Shown: in pieces, positions 1 through 9,362 of the stretch
Position numbering within the stretch: the first letter of the stretch is position 1
Layout of the letters: each line of letters begins with the position of its first letter
Virus record (IMG/VR): IMGVR_UViG_3300005686_000039
Location: 1,913 to 65,912 of that record
Source: a virus
Taxonomy: Duplodnaviria > Caudoviricetes
Length of the DNA stretch: 64,000 nucleotides
Direction: 5' to 3' (one strand)
Notes under the pieces: model-generated
The model's database searches: none
Told to the model about the DNA's origin: nothing
Seen by the model: the letters and a program-made list of their open reading frames with translations, nothing else
Made by a program: the position numbers and the translations under genes

Positions 1-86
1 TCGCCAGCGGCGCGGGCGATGGCGCCGATTTGCTCGTTGGTCAACTCGACCTTGGCAGCCTTCACCGTCTCGTTGTTCGTGGTCAT
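1..86 (-). CDS. Partial hypothetical protein running off the window start (MTTNNETVKAAKVELTNEQIGAIARAAG...)
   Basis: Manual translation; ATG at 86 preceded by AAGGA RBS; not in ORF track. Confidence 0.6.
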   Translation of the reverse strand, partial: MTTNNETVKAAKVELTNEQIGAIARAAG

Positions 87-159
87 GGTAGCTCATCCTT
101 TCTAGGGGTTTGCCCGGTCTCGGGCGTTGCAAAAATGACACGCTAGGCCAAATCACTGA

Positions 160-192
160 GCAATAGTGCCAGAACTGGCCGGTGCTAGTCAA
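160..192 (-). promoter_or_regulatory. Possible leftward promoter of the TTGACT(W)GCACC family
   Basis: TTGACT at 192-187 followed by AGCACC as in the promoters at 56.9 and 60.2 kb; GCCAG-TT-CTGGC dyad follows; no convincing -10 at 17 bp. Confidence 0.35.
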
Positions 193-234
193 AGCGGATG
201 GCGTCTTTTCGCACGCTATTCGCACAAAGTCTAT

Positions 235-252
235 GGTGACTGCACAGTCACC
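235..252. promoter_or_regulatory. Palindromic motif copy GGTGACTG-CA-CAGTCACC
   Basis: Perfect 8-bp dyad, intergenic. Confidence 0.7.
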
Positions 253-322
253 ACACGTTTTCGCTCGCTAAACATGCTTAGTTGCTCCGCCTACTGATAT
301 ATTCATGCTACCTGGCACGCGG

Positions 323-358
323 GGCTTGCTCGGCTTGCTCGGCTTGCTCGGCTTGCCC
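323..358. repeat. 9-bp tandem repeat GGCTTGCTC x4 (last copy variant)
   Basis: Read directly from sequence. Confidence 0.85.
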
Positions 359-577
359 GGCACGCCTAACGCCGCGTGCTACGCCGTGGCGTATGCCGCA
401 CGCTGGGACAACATTCATCTTGAGCCGCGCACGCGTGCCCGCCGCGCGCCGCGCCGCGAGCCACCGCCCGGTTGCGCGTTCCGGGGCCGCTTGCTGGGCG
501 TCGATGGGGGGTGCGGACCACGGGCGCCGGACGGGGTGGGGCCGAAACGCTAATCCACTAGCGCCCTCGCGATCTAC

Positions 578-822
578 AGGGTCAGAATGGCGAGCCCCGT
601 GGGGTCAGAATGGCGAGCCGCGTGGCGAGCCCCGTGGCGAGCCCCGTGGCGAGCCCCGTGGGGTCAGAATGGCGAGCCCCGTGGGGTCAGAATGGCGAGC
701 CCCGTAACGTGTCCGAATGGCGAGCCCCGTGGGGTCAGAATGGCGAGCCCGGCGCGCACGGCGCGCACGGGAGGGAGACCCCCCGTGGGACCGAAAAGAG
801 CGAGCCCCGTGGGGTCCGAAAA
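578..822. repeat. Composite tandem array of GGCGAGCCCCGT (about 10 copies) and GGGGTCAGAAT (5 copies plus variants)
   Basis: 23-bp and 12-bp units read directly; no unique spacers; apparently non-coding. Confidence 0.9.
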
Positions 823-974
823 GCTCCAAAAATTTTTCAGCCTCGCGCGTATAGCCGAGTTGTATAGACGTATGACATCCCTATTGACGCTAGACCAAAT
901 CAGGCATAGGGTCGTCACACACTCGTTCTAGGGGTGGTCTACTCGTCGTGGCTTTGCTAGGGCCTCACGACTTC

Positions 975-1000
975 GGGGCCGGTGCGCTAACACCGGCCCC
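975..1000. terminator. GC-rich hairpin just after the stop of the 1004-2131 gene
   Basis: GGGGCCGGTG-CGCTAA-CACCGGCCCC 10-bp stem; no U-run on the - strand. Confidence 0.45.
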
Positions 1001-1003
1001 TCT

Positions 1004-2131
1004 TCATTTCACAACCTTGAGCTGTGCAGGTTGCGCAGGCTGAACCGCTACCGACAGCACCCAACGCACATCGCGTCCGACCACCTCGCGGCGGATCTTC
1101 CCCTCCGCTTCGAGCACACCCAGCGCCTCCGATATCGACGACTTGGAGCAACCCGCCCTGGCGGCAAGTTGTATCTGCGAACCGACTAGCCCTCCGTCGC
1201 GCTGTATCTCCGACAATACCCAGGTTCGGACGTTCGGACGGGTCGCCGAACTCGTTCGGTTCGTTCGGTTCGGCTGGTTCGGAGCCGGACGAGTTGCGTT
1301 CGGGAGGATATTAACCACCTGACTGTTAACGTCGGTGCTGGTGCAACCTTTTTCCTTGTCGATCCACCGAAACCCCAGCAAAATCAGGTAAAGTGCACAT
1401 ACAATAAGCACCTCCAGAGCGACCGAACCGATCCGGTTCGGTCGGAAAACCGCCGAACTCCAGTCCGAACTACCGTCCGAACTCGTCCGGTTCGGTTCGA
1501 TCCGGCGCATATGCAAGTCTTTCTCGGGGTCGAACGGCGGCATCGCTGCGAGTTGAGCGTTCAACTTGTCTCGGTTCGCCTTTGCGTCCCATACAACACG
1601 AGCCGTTTTCGCCTCTTCGGCTAGCCGGTCGAGCTGGTCGCAGAGCGTGTCTCGGTACTTCGCGTTGCATGTGATACGCGTGTTGGCGATGCGCCGATAC
1701 TCGGCGTCGACGACATCCCAGGCACGCCCGCCAGCTCCTATCTGCAACTCCAGTTTATCAACCTCGGCGCGCAGGCCGGCGCGTTTCGCCTCCTGCTCCC
1801 GGTACTGCTCGACTATGGCCGCCGCGTCCCTCGCGGCAGCCCACTCCTTCTGCAGGTTGCCGAGTAGCAAGAACATCACCGTGTAGGAGGCGCACGCGAC
1901 ATACAACCATACCCAGCGCCAGCGGTGCCCGCTGGCCCGGCCGAGCATCATGTGACCGAAGGCCAGCTTGCACACCTCGGCGAGCACCACGCTGGCGGCC
2001 ATCGTGTAGGCGAACTGCGGCTCGAAGCCGGCGGATAGCGCGCCCTGCATGGCGAACCACGCCTGCATCGCGGTGAGGCCGGCGCACAGCAATAGCAGTA
2101 GACTGAGCCCGAGCCGGATGATAATGGACAC
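1004..2131 (-). CDS. Membrane protein with coiled coil and C-terminal winged HTH
   Basis: 375 aa; N-terminal hydrophobic helices, heptad region, further hydrophobic helix, C-terminal GSQIQLAARAGCSKSSISEALGVLEAEGKIRR; AGGGAG RBS before GTG. Confidence 0.7.
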   Translation of the reverse strand: MSIIIRLGLSLLLLLCAGLTAMQAWFAMQGALSAGFEPQFAYTMAASVVLAEVCKLAFGHMMLGRASGHRWRWVWLYVACASYTVMFLLLGNLQKEWAAARDAAAIVEQYREQEAKRAGLRAEVDKLELQIGAGGRAWDVVDAEYRRIANTRITCNAKYRDTLCDQLDRLAEEAKTARVVWDAKANRDKLNAQLAAMPPFDPEKDLHMRRIEPNRTSSDGSSDWSSAVFRPNRIGSVALEVLIVCALYLILLGFRWIDKEKGCTSTDVNSQVVNILPNATRPAPNQPNRTNRTSSATRPNVRTWVLSEIQRDGGLVGSQIQLAARAGCSKSSISEALGVLEAEGKIRREVVGRDVRWVLSVAVQPAQPAQLKVVK

Positions 2132-2174
2132 GGCAAATCGCTCCCTGTTCGCACCAGGCGGCGGTTTAGATCCT

Positions 2175-2290
2175 CCCCCGAGTTCGCACCTCGGGGGTTG
2201 ATCGCGGATACATATGCCGTCTTAACGTACTCCATTCATCGCAACAACTCAACATTTCGCTTGACAGCGCAACTCGTTCGTGCCTACGAA
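2175..2290 (+). promoter_or_regulatory. Divergent intergenic region with hairpin and possible rightward promoter
   Basis: CCCCCGAG-N7-CTCGGGGG at 2175-2197; TTGACA at 2261-2266 with only a weak -10 (TACGAA) inside a TTCGT-N4-ACGAA dyad. Confidence 0.35.
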
Positions 2291-2317
2291 TGTTCGTGGT
2301 CTGTAGGGTCGTCATTC

Positions 2318-3022
2318 ATGTTCGGTCGCATCTTCGACATATTCCGCCCAGCTCCCAAGCAGCCGCCGGCCCCGCCGGTGTGGCTCGATATCGCTATGGG
2401 CGAGGTGGGCGTGCACGAGTTCGCCGGCCCCGAGACGCACAACCCGCGCATTCTGGAGTACCATCAGAAGACCACGCTCCGGGCCACCGACGACGAGACG
2501 CCGTGGTGCTCATCGTTCGTGAATTGGGTGCTCGACAAGGGCGGCGTCGTCGGTACGAGCAACGCCCAGGCGCGGTCGTTCCTGACGTGGGGCATCCACC
2601 TGCCGGAGCTGCGCAAGGGCGCGATCGTCGTATTCAAGCGTGGCAAGCACGAGTGGCAGGGGCATGTCGGCTTCGTGCACTCGTGGGACGACAAGAGCGT
2701 ATGGGTCGTCGGCGGCAACCAGGGCGGCCGGGGCGGCGAGTTCGGCGGCGGCGTGACGATCACCGAGTTCCCGATCGCTGACATCCTCGATGCACGCTGG
2801 CCGAAGTCCATCTACAACTCGACGACGGTGCAGGCGGCCGGCGGCGCGGGGCTGAGCACGGTCGCGCAGAAACTCCTCGACGACCCGCTGATCGCGAAGG
2901 GCCTGGACCTGAGCCAGGCCGTGTCGACGAGCCTGCACGTCGTACTGCTGGTCGTGCAGCTCGGGTGCATCGCGTGGATCGTGAGTGAACGTGCCAAGCG
3001 TATGATGAGGGATGGGGCATGA
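2318..3022 (+). CDS. TIGR02594-like (CHAP/NlpC-type) peptidoglycan hydrolase, probable endolysin, with hydrophobic C-terminus
   Basis: W..IA..EVGV.E, DETPWCSSFVNW, ARSFL.WG, GHVGF, GGNQ motifs; start moved to ATG 2318. Confidence 0.72.
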   Translation: MFGRIFDIFRPAPKQPPAPPVWLDIAMGEVGVHEFAGPETHNPRILEYHQKTTLRATDDETPWCSSFVNWVLDKGGVVGTSNAQARSFLTWGIHLPELRKGAIVVFKRGKHEWQGHVGFVHSWDDKSVWVVGGNQGGRGGEFGGGVTITEFPIADILDARWPKSIYNSTTVQAAGGAGLSTVAQKLLDDPLIAKGLDLSQAVSTSLHVVLLVVQLGCIAWIVSERAKRMMRDGA

Positions 3023-3498
3023 AGATGTTCGGCGTCAATCGCTACGTCGCGCTATCGCTGATCGCCTTGACGCTCGGGCTGTGGACGTTGGTCACGTACC
3101 GCGTCGTCAACTACGGCCACCTCAAGGAGACCGTGGCGCAGCAGAAGTCCACGATCGACACGGCCAACCGCGCGAGCCAGGCGGTCGCCGAGGCCGAGAG
3201 GCGCATCGCCACCGACCAGACCACGCTCGACGCCGAGCTGTGCAGGCGCGGGTGGATGGCGCGTTGCCCGTCTAAGCACCCGCTCATTGCGCAGTTCGTG
3301 AACATGAACACCATCGGCCAGGAGCTGCCCCCCGTCGCTCCTGTTGCCGTAGGGGGTGGCAGCTCAACAACAGGTGATCCCTCGTCCCCTGCGGATGGCG
3401 CCCGGCCGTCGCTGCCACCCCCGTCCCAACCTAAGCGCAAGCGTGGCCAGACCAAGGCCGTAGCTTCAACGTCGCCGCCCTGCGGCCCCCTCAAATAA
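3019..3498 (+). CDS. Putative i-spanin (Rz-like)
   Basis: Single N-terminal TM helix, coiled coil, directly after the endolysin. Confidence 0.5.
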   Translation: MKMFGVNRYVALSLIALTLGLWTLVTYRVVNYGHLKETVAQQKSTIDTANRASQAVAEAERRIATDQTTLDAELCRRGWMARCPSKHPLIAQFVNMNTIGQELPPVAPVAVGGGSSTTGDPSSPADGARPSLPPPSQPKRKRGQTKAVASTSPPCGPLK

Positions 3499-3508
3499 GG
3501 AGGGGATC

Positions 3509-3733
3509 TTGCGCGTCCTCGCCCCAATAATAATGCTGCAGTGCGCAGCGTGCTCCGCTGACCCCGTGCCGGACGCGTGCCTCGCGCTGCGGCCCTACCT
3601 GCCGATACAGGTGGAGCAGGCTGACACGGTGCCGACCAAGAAGGCGGTGCTGCGAGCCAACATCGCACACAACGAGGCGTGCTCGCCGCCGGTGATCAAG
3701 CCGTGGTCCACGACAGTCGCGGGGGCACGCTGA
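3509..3733 (+). CDS. Putative o-spanin (Rz1-like) lipoprotein
   Basis: Short signal ending AAC, Pro/Cys-containing mature part, follows the i-spanin candidate; GAGGGG RBS. Confidence 0.5.
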   Translation: MRVLAPIIMLQCAACSADPVPDACLALRPYLPIQVEQADTVPTKKAVLRANIAHNEACSPPVIKPWSTTVAGAR

Positions 3734-4053
3734 TGGCCGACAACGCCGACCTGTTGAAAGAGATCCACGCCCTCGAAGTGCGCTTGCTCTCTGGCATCAC
3801 CGAGTTGAACGAGAAGTGGCGCACAGAGGTGGTTGGCGTCGAGCGCCGGCTGCAGCTTGAGATCCACAAGCTCAACCTCGACATGAACGCGCGCATCGAG
3901 ATGTTCGTGCGCAGCGAGGCGGAGCGGCGCGCGGAGGCGCACAAGGAGAGCGCGAAGGACAACGGGGCGAAGTTCATGGCCGCGATCAGCGTGCTGATCT
4001 CGATCGCCATGGCGTTCGCGCAGTTCGTGGGGAAGGCGATTGTCTCGCAATAG
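3733..4053 (+). CDS. Coiled-coil protein with C-terminal TM helix (holin or antiholin candidate)
   Basis: MADNADLL... start at 3733; C-terminal FMAAISVLISIAMAFAQF. Confidence 0.45.
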   Translation: MADNADLLKEIHALEVRLLSGITELNEKWRTEVVGVERRLQLEIHKLNLDMNARIEMFVRSEAERRAEAHKESAKDNGAKFMAAISVLISIAMAFAQFVGKAIVSQ

Positions 4054-4837
4054 GAACCAACCGCGAGGTGAGGTTGGCCTGCTGAGCCCGGCGGCGCAGT
4101 GGGAACTCCTGTTTGCGTCCAAAGAGGACTTCCACGAGGGCGAGCAGCGCCCGCGCGAAGAGTGGATCGCCCTGCTCGACGAGTTCGGCGAGGACGGCGT
4201 ACTGGAAGTGGTCGCATCGGGGCGCATGCCTGTCGAGATCGCAATCTCCAATCGCATCCCGATGATGGTCTTCCGCGAGTGGATGGACAAGAACGTGTCC
4301 GCCGACCGCATGCTGACGGCCCAGCGCAGCTTCGCGGAGGTGTCCATCTTGAAGAGCCAGCTCAGCCTCGCGGCCCAGCCGGCGAACCCGGCCGAGGCTG
4401 CGCTGCAAAAGGAGCTGTCGAACCGCTACGCGTGGCTGGCCGAGCGCGCGGATCCAGAGAAGTGGGGGCCGCCGCGCCAGAAGAACGACGCGCCGCCGAT
4501 GGTCAACATCGTGTTCAACATGGACAAGGTGCAGGCGGCCCCAAGCGAAGAGCAGATCGCCAAGGTCATCGAGGCGCAGGCGATCAATGTCTCTACGCCC
4601 GACGAACTACTCGACGACGACACACAACACCAGGCGCCGGCGCCCAAGCCGCGCCTCGCCCCGCCGCGCAACGTCGCGGTGCCGCAGCTCTCCATGCCAG
4701 AGGGCTTCGGTGAGGCGACCAGCGCGGGCGTCGTGAAGGTGCAGGCGACCAAGCGCGCCCCGAGCGCTGCCGACAGGTGGACCTTCGGCCCGAGCGCGTT
4801 CGCGCCGCGCAGGGCTGCGGCGGGGGGTGCACGATGA
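4040..4837 (+). CDS. Putative terminase small subunit
   Basis: Immediately upstream of terL; WLAERADPEKWG resembles TerS motifs; start uncertain. Confidence 0.5.
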   Translation: MSRNRNQPRGEVGLLSPAAQWELLFASKEDFHEGEQRPREEWIALLDEFGEDGVLEVVASGRMPVEIAISNRIPMMVFREWMDKNVSADRMLTAQRSFAEVSILKSQLSLAAQPANPAEAALQKELSNRYAWLAERADPEKWGPPRQKNDAPPMVNIVFNMDKVQAAPSEEQIAKVIEAQAINVSTPDELLDDDTQHQAPAPKPRLAPPRNVAVPQLSMPEGFGEATSAGVVKVQATKRAPSAADRWTFGPSAFAPRRAAAGGAR

Positions 4838-6300
4838 GCCTCGATGAAGAGGACTACGTCGAGCCCGAGGGCGACGACACCATCGAGTACGTGCCCTCGC
4901 GCACGCTGGCGAAGTTTCACCAGTCGAATGAGCGCATCCGTGGCGTGCTCGGGCCTGTCGGCTCGGGCAAGAGCGTCGGCATGGTGATGGAGATCCTGCG
5001 CCGCGCGCAGGAGCAGCGACCCAACCGGAAGGGCGTGCGCCCGTTCCGCGCGCTCGTAGTGCGCAACACCTATGCCGAGTTGAAATCGACCACGATCAAG
5101 ACATTCGAGCAGTGGCTTGGTCCGCTTGGCCGCTTCACGTACGGCAGCCCGATCGAGTTCAACGCGTACCGATCGCTGCCGGACGGCACGATCATGGACC
5201 TGACCGTCTACTTCCTGCCGCTCGACCGCGAGGAAGACGCGAAGAAGCTCAAGTCGCTTGAAATCACGATGGCCTGGGTCAACGAGGCGTCGGAGGTTCC
5301 CGAGGCGGCGTTGAAGGTGCTGCGCGGTCGCGTCGGCCGCTTCCCCTCGAAGAAGGCCAACGGCGTCGAGGCGACGTGGCGCGGCATCATCATGGACACC
5401 AACCCGCCGAGCACGCGGTCGTGGTGGTATGAGCTGTTCGAGAAGAAGCGCCCGAAGGGCCACGTCATCTTCAAGCAGCCGGGCGGCCTGGTGCGGCACC
5501 CCGACGACCCCGACACCTACTTGCCGAACCCGCTGGCGGAGAACATCAACCACCTGCCGGGCGGCTACGAGTATTACTACGATCAGGTGAACGGGTCGTC
5601 GCGCGACTACATCACCGCGATGGTGCTCGGCGAGTACGCCGCCACCTACGAGGGCAAGGCGGTCTGGCAGCAGTATGAGGACGCGGCGCACGTCGCGCCG
5701 CACGGGCTGCAGGCGAGCCCCAACGGGCTGCTCATCGTTGGCATGGATTGGGGCCTGAACCCGGCCGCCGTGTTCACGCAGATGAGCCCGACCGGGACAC
5801 TCTACGTCGTCGACGAGATCGCGCCTACCGACCTCACGCTCGACGAGTTCCTGTCGGAGCACTTCATCCCGAAGGTGCTGCAGAATTTCCCGCGCTTCGC
5901 CGTGCAGGTGATCGGCGACCCGGCGGGCGAGCAGCGGTCGCACCTTGGGCAGATGAACGCGTTCCAGACGCTTCGGGCGCGTGGCATTGCCGCCGTGCCG
6001 GCGCCGACTAACGACTTCATCCTTCGGCGCGACGCGGTTGCGCACTTCCTCACGAAGAGGAACGGCTTCCTCATGGACGCCAGGTGCGCGCAGCTCCGGG
6101 AAGCGTTGCTGGGCGGCTACCACTACGCGTTCGCGCGCGGTGCGAAGGACACCTACAAGGACCGCCCCGAGAAGAACCACTCGTCGCACATCGCCGACGC
6201 GCTCCAGTACGCGAGCCTGTTCTACTACAACGCCGCCGTGCGCCCGCCGCGCGTCAAACGTCCGGTGTCCGAAGAGACATCGAACTACCGCTACGCATAA
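4834..6300 (+). CDS. terL: Terminase large subunit
   Basis: Walker A GPVGSGKS, Walker B WVNEASE, MDTNPP coupling motif, nuclease GMDWG and SHIADALQY. Confidence 0.92.
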   Translation: MSLDEEDYVEPEGDDTIEYVPSRTLAKFHQSNERIRGVLGPVGSGKSVGMVMEILRRAQEQRPNRKGVRPFRALVVRNTYAELKSTTIKTFEQWLGPLGRFTYGSPIEFNAYRSLPDGTIMDLTVYFLPLDREEDAKKLKSLEITMAWVNEASEVPEAALKVLRGRVGRFPSKKANGVEATWRGIIMDTNPPSTRSWWYELFEKKRPKGHVIFKQPGGLVRHPDDPDTYLPNPLAENINHLPGGYEYYYDQVNGSSRDYITAMVLGEYAATYEGKAVWQQYEDAAHVAPHGLQASPNGLLIVGMDWGLNPAAVFTQMSPTGTLYVVDEIAPTDLTLDEFLSEHFIPKVLQNFPRFAVQVIGDPAGEQRSHLGQMNAFQTLRARGIAAVPAPTNDFILRRDAVAHFLTKRNGFLMDARCAQLREALLGGYHYAFARGAKDTYKDRPEKNHSSHIADALQYASLFYYNAAVRPPRVKRPVSEETSNYRYA

Positions 6301-6315
6301 GGGGGCACCGACGCC

Positions 6316-8337
6316 ATGCTGCCAGTGACACAGACCGCCTCCGGGGCGATGGACTTCTTCGACATGCTGATGCGCGACTTCGCGCAAGGCGACCTGCTCG
6401 ACGAGCTGAGCAGCTACGTGAGGACCGCGTTCGGCGAGGCGCAGCGGCACAAGACCAGCGCCGGCGTCGAGCAGGAGATCATGCGCTGCATGCGCGCTGT
6501 CAACAGCGAGTACGACCCCGAGGACCGGGAGATGGTCGCCGCGTCAGGCGTCGACATATATATGGGCATCACCAACCTCAAGGTGCGGGCGCTCAAGAGC
6601 TGGGTGACGGACATCCTCGCCAACGCCGAGGACCAGCCGTGGACGTTCAAGGCAACGCCCATGCCCGAGCTGCCGGCCGAGGCCGAAGAGGCGGTGATCG
6701 ACGCGCTGATCCGTGAGCTGCAGGAGAACGGCCTGAACGTCGATCTCCGACAGAAGGCGGCCTACTTCAAGGACGTGGCGCAGAAGCACGCCGACAAGCT
6801 CGCCGAGAAGGCAGTGCGTCGCATGGAGACGAAAGTCCGCGACCTGATGCTCGAAGGCGGCTGGCGCGAGAGCTTCACGTCCTTCATCTCCGACCTGTCG
6901 ACCTACCCGCTGGCCATCCTCAAGGGGCCGGTGATCGAGCGCGTGCCGGGCATGCGCTGGCAGGGCGCTGGACTGAAAGTCGTCGACCGGCTCAAGTACC
7001 GCATGCACCGGGTCCATCCGCTCGACTTCTTCCCGAGCCCCAACAGCTCGACGATGGACGACGGACGCTACGTCATCGAGCGCAAGCGGATGACGAAGGA
7101 CGACATCCTCGGATCTATCGGGGTGCCGGGCTTCATGGAGCAGGCTGTCCGCTCGCTGATCGCGAGCCGGCCGAGCGGCGCGAAGGAAGTGCTGAACACT
7201 GACGCCGAGCGCGACACGCTCGAAGCGAAGGACGGTCGTATGAGCACGACCGACAACGTCTACGACGTGATCTGCTACTACGGGAAGGTTCCCGGCCGGA
7301 TGCTCATCGAGCACGGCGTCGCGGTGGACGACCCGCAAAAGGACCAAGAGGCGGAGGTGTGGGTGTGCAGCGGCTTCGTGCTGCGGGCCATCCTCAACCC
7401 CCACCCGACAGGTAAGCGCCCCTTCTACGGCACCAGCTTCGAGCCGGTGCCTGGGTCTATGTGGGGCCGCTCGCTGCCGATCCTTTTGCGAGACCTCCAG
7501 CGCGTGTGTAATGCCGCGTCCCGGAGCCTCGTGCGGAACATGGCGTTCGCGAGCGGCCCCATCGGCGAGTACGACGTGAACCGCCTCGCCAACGAGACCA
7601 ACATCGATCAGATCAGACCGTTCCGTCTGTACGCGGTGCAGTCGGACCAGTTCGCGCAGACGAACCAGGCGGCGCTCCGTTTCCAGAAGATCGACAGCAA
7701 CGCTTCCGAGCTGATGAAGGTCTACGACTACTACTCGAAGATCGCCGACGACATCTCGGGCATCCCGTCGTACGTGCTCGGCAACCCGGCCACGGCCGGC
7801 GCGGGCCGCACGCTGGGCGGACTGTCGATGCTGATGGGCAACGCGGCCAAGGGCGTGAAGCTCGTCGTCTCGGGCGTGGACAGGTTCGTGATCGAGCCGC
7901 TGGTGGCGAACTACTACATCCTGATGATGCTGTTCGAGCCGGACCCGACCATCAAGGCCGACGTGGCGGTGGTAGCGCGAGGATCCTCCGGCCTGCTGCA
8001 GCGCGAGCTTTCGCAGGCGCGCGCCGTCGAGGTGCTGAACATGCTGACGCCCTACGCGCAGGGTGGCCTCGTGCCGCCGGAGGGGCTGCAGAGCGTGCTC
8101 CGCGACGTGCTGCGCGGCCTGGGCTACACGGCCGACGACATCGTGCCCGACCCCGAGCGGCAGAAGCAGCTCATGGAGCTGGCCCAGCGGATGGGCGTGT
8201 CGCAGCAGTTCGGCGACGGCGAGGCTCCGGCCACCGCCGGCCCGTCCATGGTCCCCGGTACACCAATGCCGCAGCTCGATGGCCGGTCGCTCCCGCCGCC
8301 CAACCCGGCGGACGCCGAGACGTTTCCCACAGCCTAA
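6316..8337 (+). CDS. Portal protein
   Basis: 673 aa helical protein right after terL; GRTLGGLSMLM and ADVAVVARG segments resemble podovirus portals. Confidence 0.78.
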   Translation: MLPVTQTASGAMDFFDMLMRDFAQGDLLDELSSYVRTAFGEAQRHKTSAGVEQEIMRCMRAVNSEYDPEDREMVAASGVDIYMGITNLKVRALKSWVTDILANAEDQPWTFKATPMPELPAEAEEAVIDALIRELQENGLNVDLRQKAAYFKDVAQKHADKLAEKAVRRMETKVRDLMLEGGWRESFTSFISDLSTYPLAILKGPVIERVPGMRWQGAGLKVVDRLKYRMHRVHPLDFFPSPNSSTMDDGRYVIERKRMTKDDILGSIGVPGFMEQAVRSLIASRPSGAKEVLNTDAERDTLEAKDGRMSTTDNVYDVICYYGKVPGRMLIEHGVAVDDPQKDQEAEVWVCSGFVLRAILNPHPTGKRPFYGTSFEPVPGSMWGRSLPILLRDLQRVCNAASRSLVRNMAFASGPIGEYDVNRLANETNIDQIRPFRLYAVQSDQFAQTNQAALRFQKIDSNASELMKVYDYYSKIADDISGIPSYVLGNPATAGAGRTLGGLSMLMGNAAKGVKLVVSGVDRFVIEPLVANYYILMMLFEPDPTIKADVAVVARGSSGLLQRELSQARAVEVLNMLTPYAQGGLVPPEGLQSVLRDVLRGLGYTADDIVPDPERQKQLMELAQRMGVSQQFGDGEAPATAGPSMVPGTPMPQLDGRSLPPPNPADAETFPTA

Positions 8338-8352
8338 AGGAGTAAGTACAAC

Positions 8353-8643
8353 ATGAGTGTGACGATGGACGGCGAGGCCGTCTCGGTTGGCGATCAGGTG
8401 TTCGATGTCGTGTATGGTGTCGGAACGGTCGCCGAACTACTTGACAACGGCATCGTTGTGAGTTATGCGTCGATGCGTCGGCGTATGACCTACAACAGTT
8501 CGGGCATTCTTCGTATGAAGTCCGCACGGACATTGTACTGGCGTGACCCGATCCTCGTAGCGCCCGCCAAGGCGGACGCAAACTGGTCGAAGATCCGGGC
8601 GGTGTGCATGGCGGTGGTCGCTGCGTTCAGGGGGCAGGTATGA
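8353..8643 (+). CDS. Hypothetical protein, 96 aa
   Basis: AAGGAG RBS, operon position. Confidence 0.7.
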   Translation: MSVTMDGEAVSVGDQVFDVVYGVGTVAELLDNGIVVSYASMRRRMTYNSSGILRMKSARTLYWRDPILVAPAKADANWSKIRAVCMAVVAAFRGQV

Positions 8644-9353
8644 GCAGTCTGCGTGCAATCTCGACCGGCGTTTACACGCCCCCGCCGCAGTGGCCGGCGG
8701 GCAACCCCGCGCCGTCTGGCAACGTCTTCTTCCCCAACACCACCGGCTCTCCCCTGTCGCACGTCTTCACCGTCGAAGGCGCCGTGTGGGCCATTCAGGC
8801 GTGGGGCCTGCAGGCCGGCGACGAGATCATCGTCGAGATGGTTGAGGGCTGCGGCAGCGGCGACGTGTTCGAGCAGATGACCCTTGGGTGCTGCGCGATC
8901 TCGCTGACCCAGGACCGCAACACCATCCTGCTGCCGATCGAGGGGCGCTACCGCCTCAACGTCGTGACCGGCGACCCGGAGGACATCTACGTCCGCGCCC
9001 GCCCGTCGCCCATCTCACCCGAGATCGCGGCCAAGATGCTGTGCTGCGAGACGCCGACCGGCGGCGGCGCGGCTTCGACCGTCGCGAACGGCGACGGTTC
9101 GCTCACCGTCACGGGCGGCCCGAACTACACCGTTAACACGAACCCGATCGGTATGGCTGCGGCGCTCGCCGGCAGTGCTCCGGCGGTTCTCACGCTGGCC
9201 ACCGCGCTCGGCGTGAACTTCGCACCGGCGGCGGCGCCCGCCACGTCGGTCGACCCCTCGACGCCCACGACGATGTTCGGCGCGCGTACCGCCCTCCTGG
9301 GCGAGCCGGCGGCGTGGCTGTCGATCGCAGGCTTCAAAGTACCCGCTTACTGA
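8640..9353 (+). CDS. Virion fibre/decoration-like protein, short paralog of 9363-10970
   Basis: ATGA overlap at 8640; shares N- and C-terminal motifs with the next gene. Confidence 0.65.
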   Translation: MSSLRAISTGVYTPPPQWPAGNPAPSGNVFFPNTTGSPLSHVFTVEGAVWAIQAWGLQAGDEIIVEMVEGCGSGDVFEQMTLGCCAISLTQDRNTILLPIEGRYRLNVVTGDPEDIYVRARPSPISPEIAAKMLCCETPTGGGAASTVANGDGSLTVTGGPNYTVNTNPIGMAAALAGSAPAVLTLATALGVNFAPAAAPATSVDPSTPTTMFGARTALLGEPAAWLSIAGFKVPAY

Positions 9354-9362
9354 GGATCGAGC

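Noticed and set aside
578-822. Repeat array as a CRISPR array
   Set aside because: Units are directly adjacent with no unique spacers, and no cas operon is present; the Cas4-like nuclease at 45693 sits in a normal phage replication context
282-931. Several ORFs across the repeat region
   Set aside because: Open frames arise from stop-free repeats; no convincing RBS; mutually overlapping. 664-918 is not fully excluded
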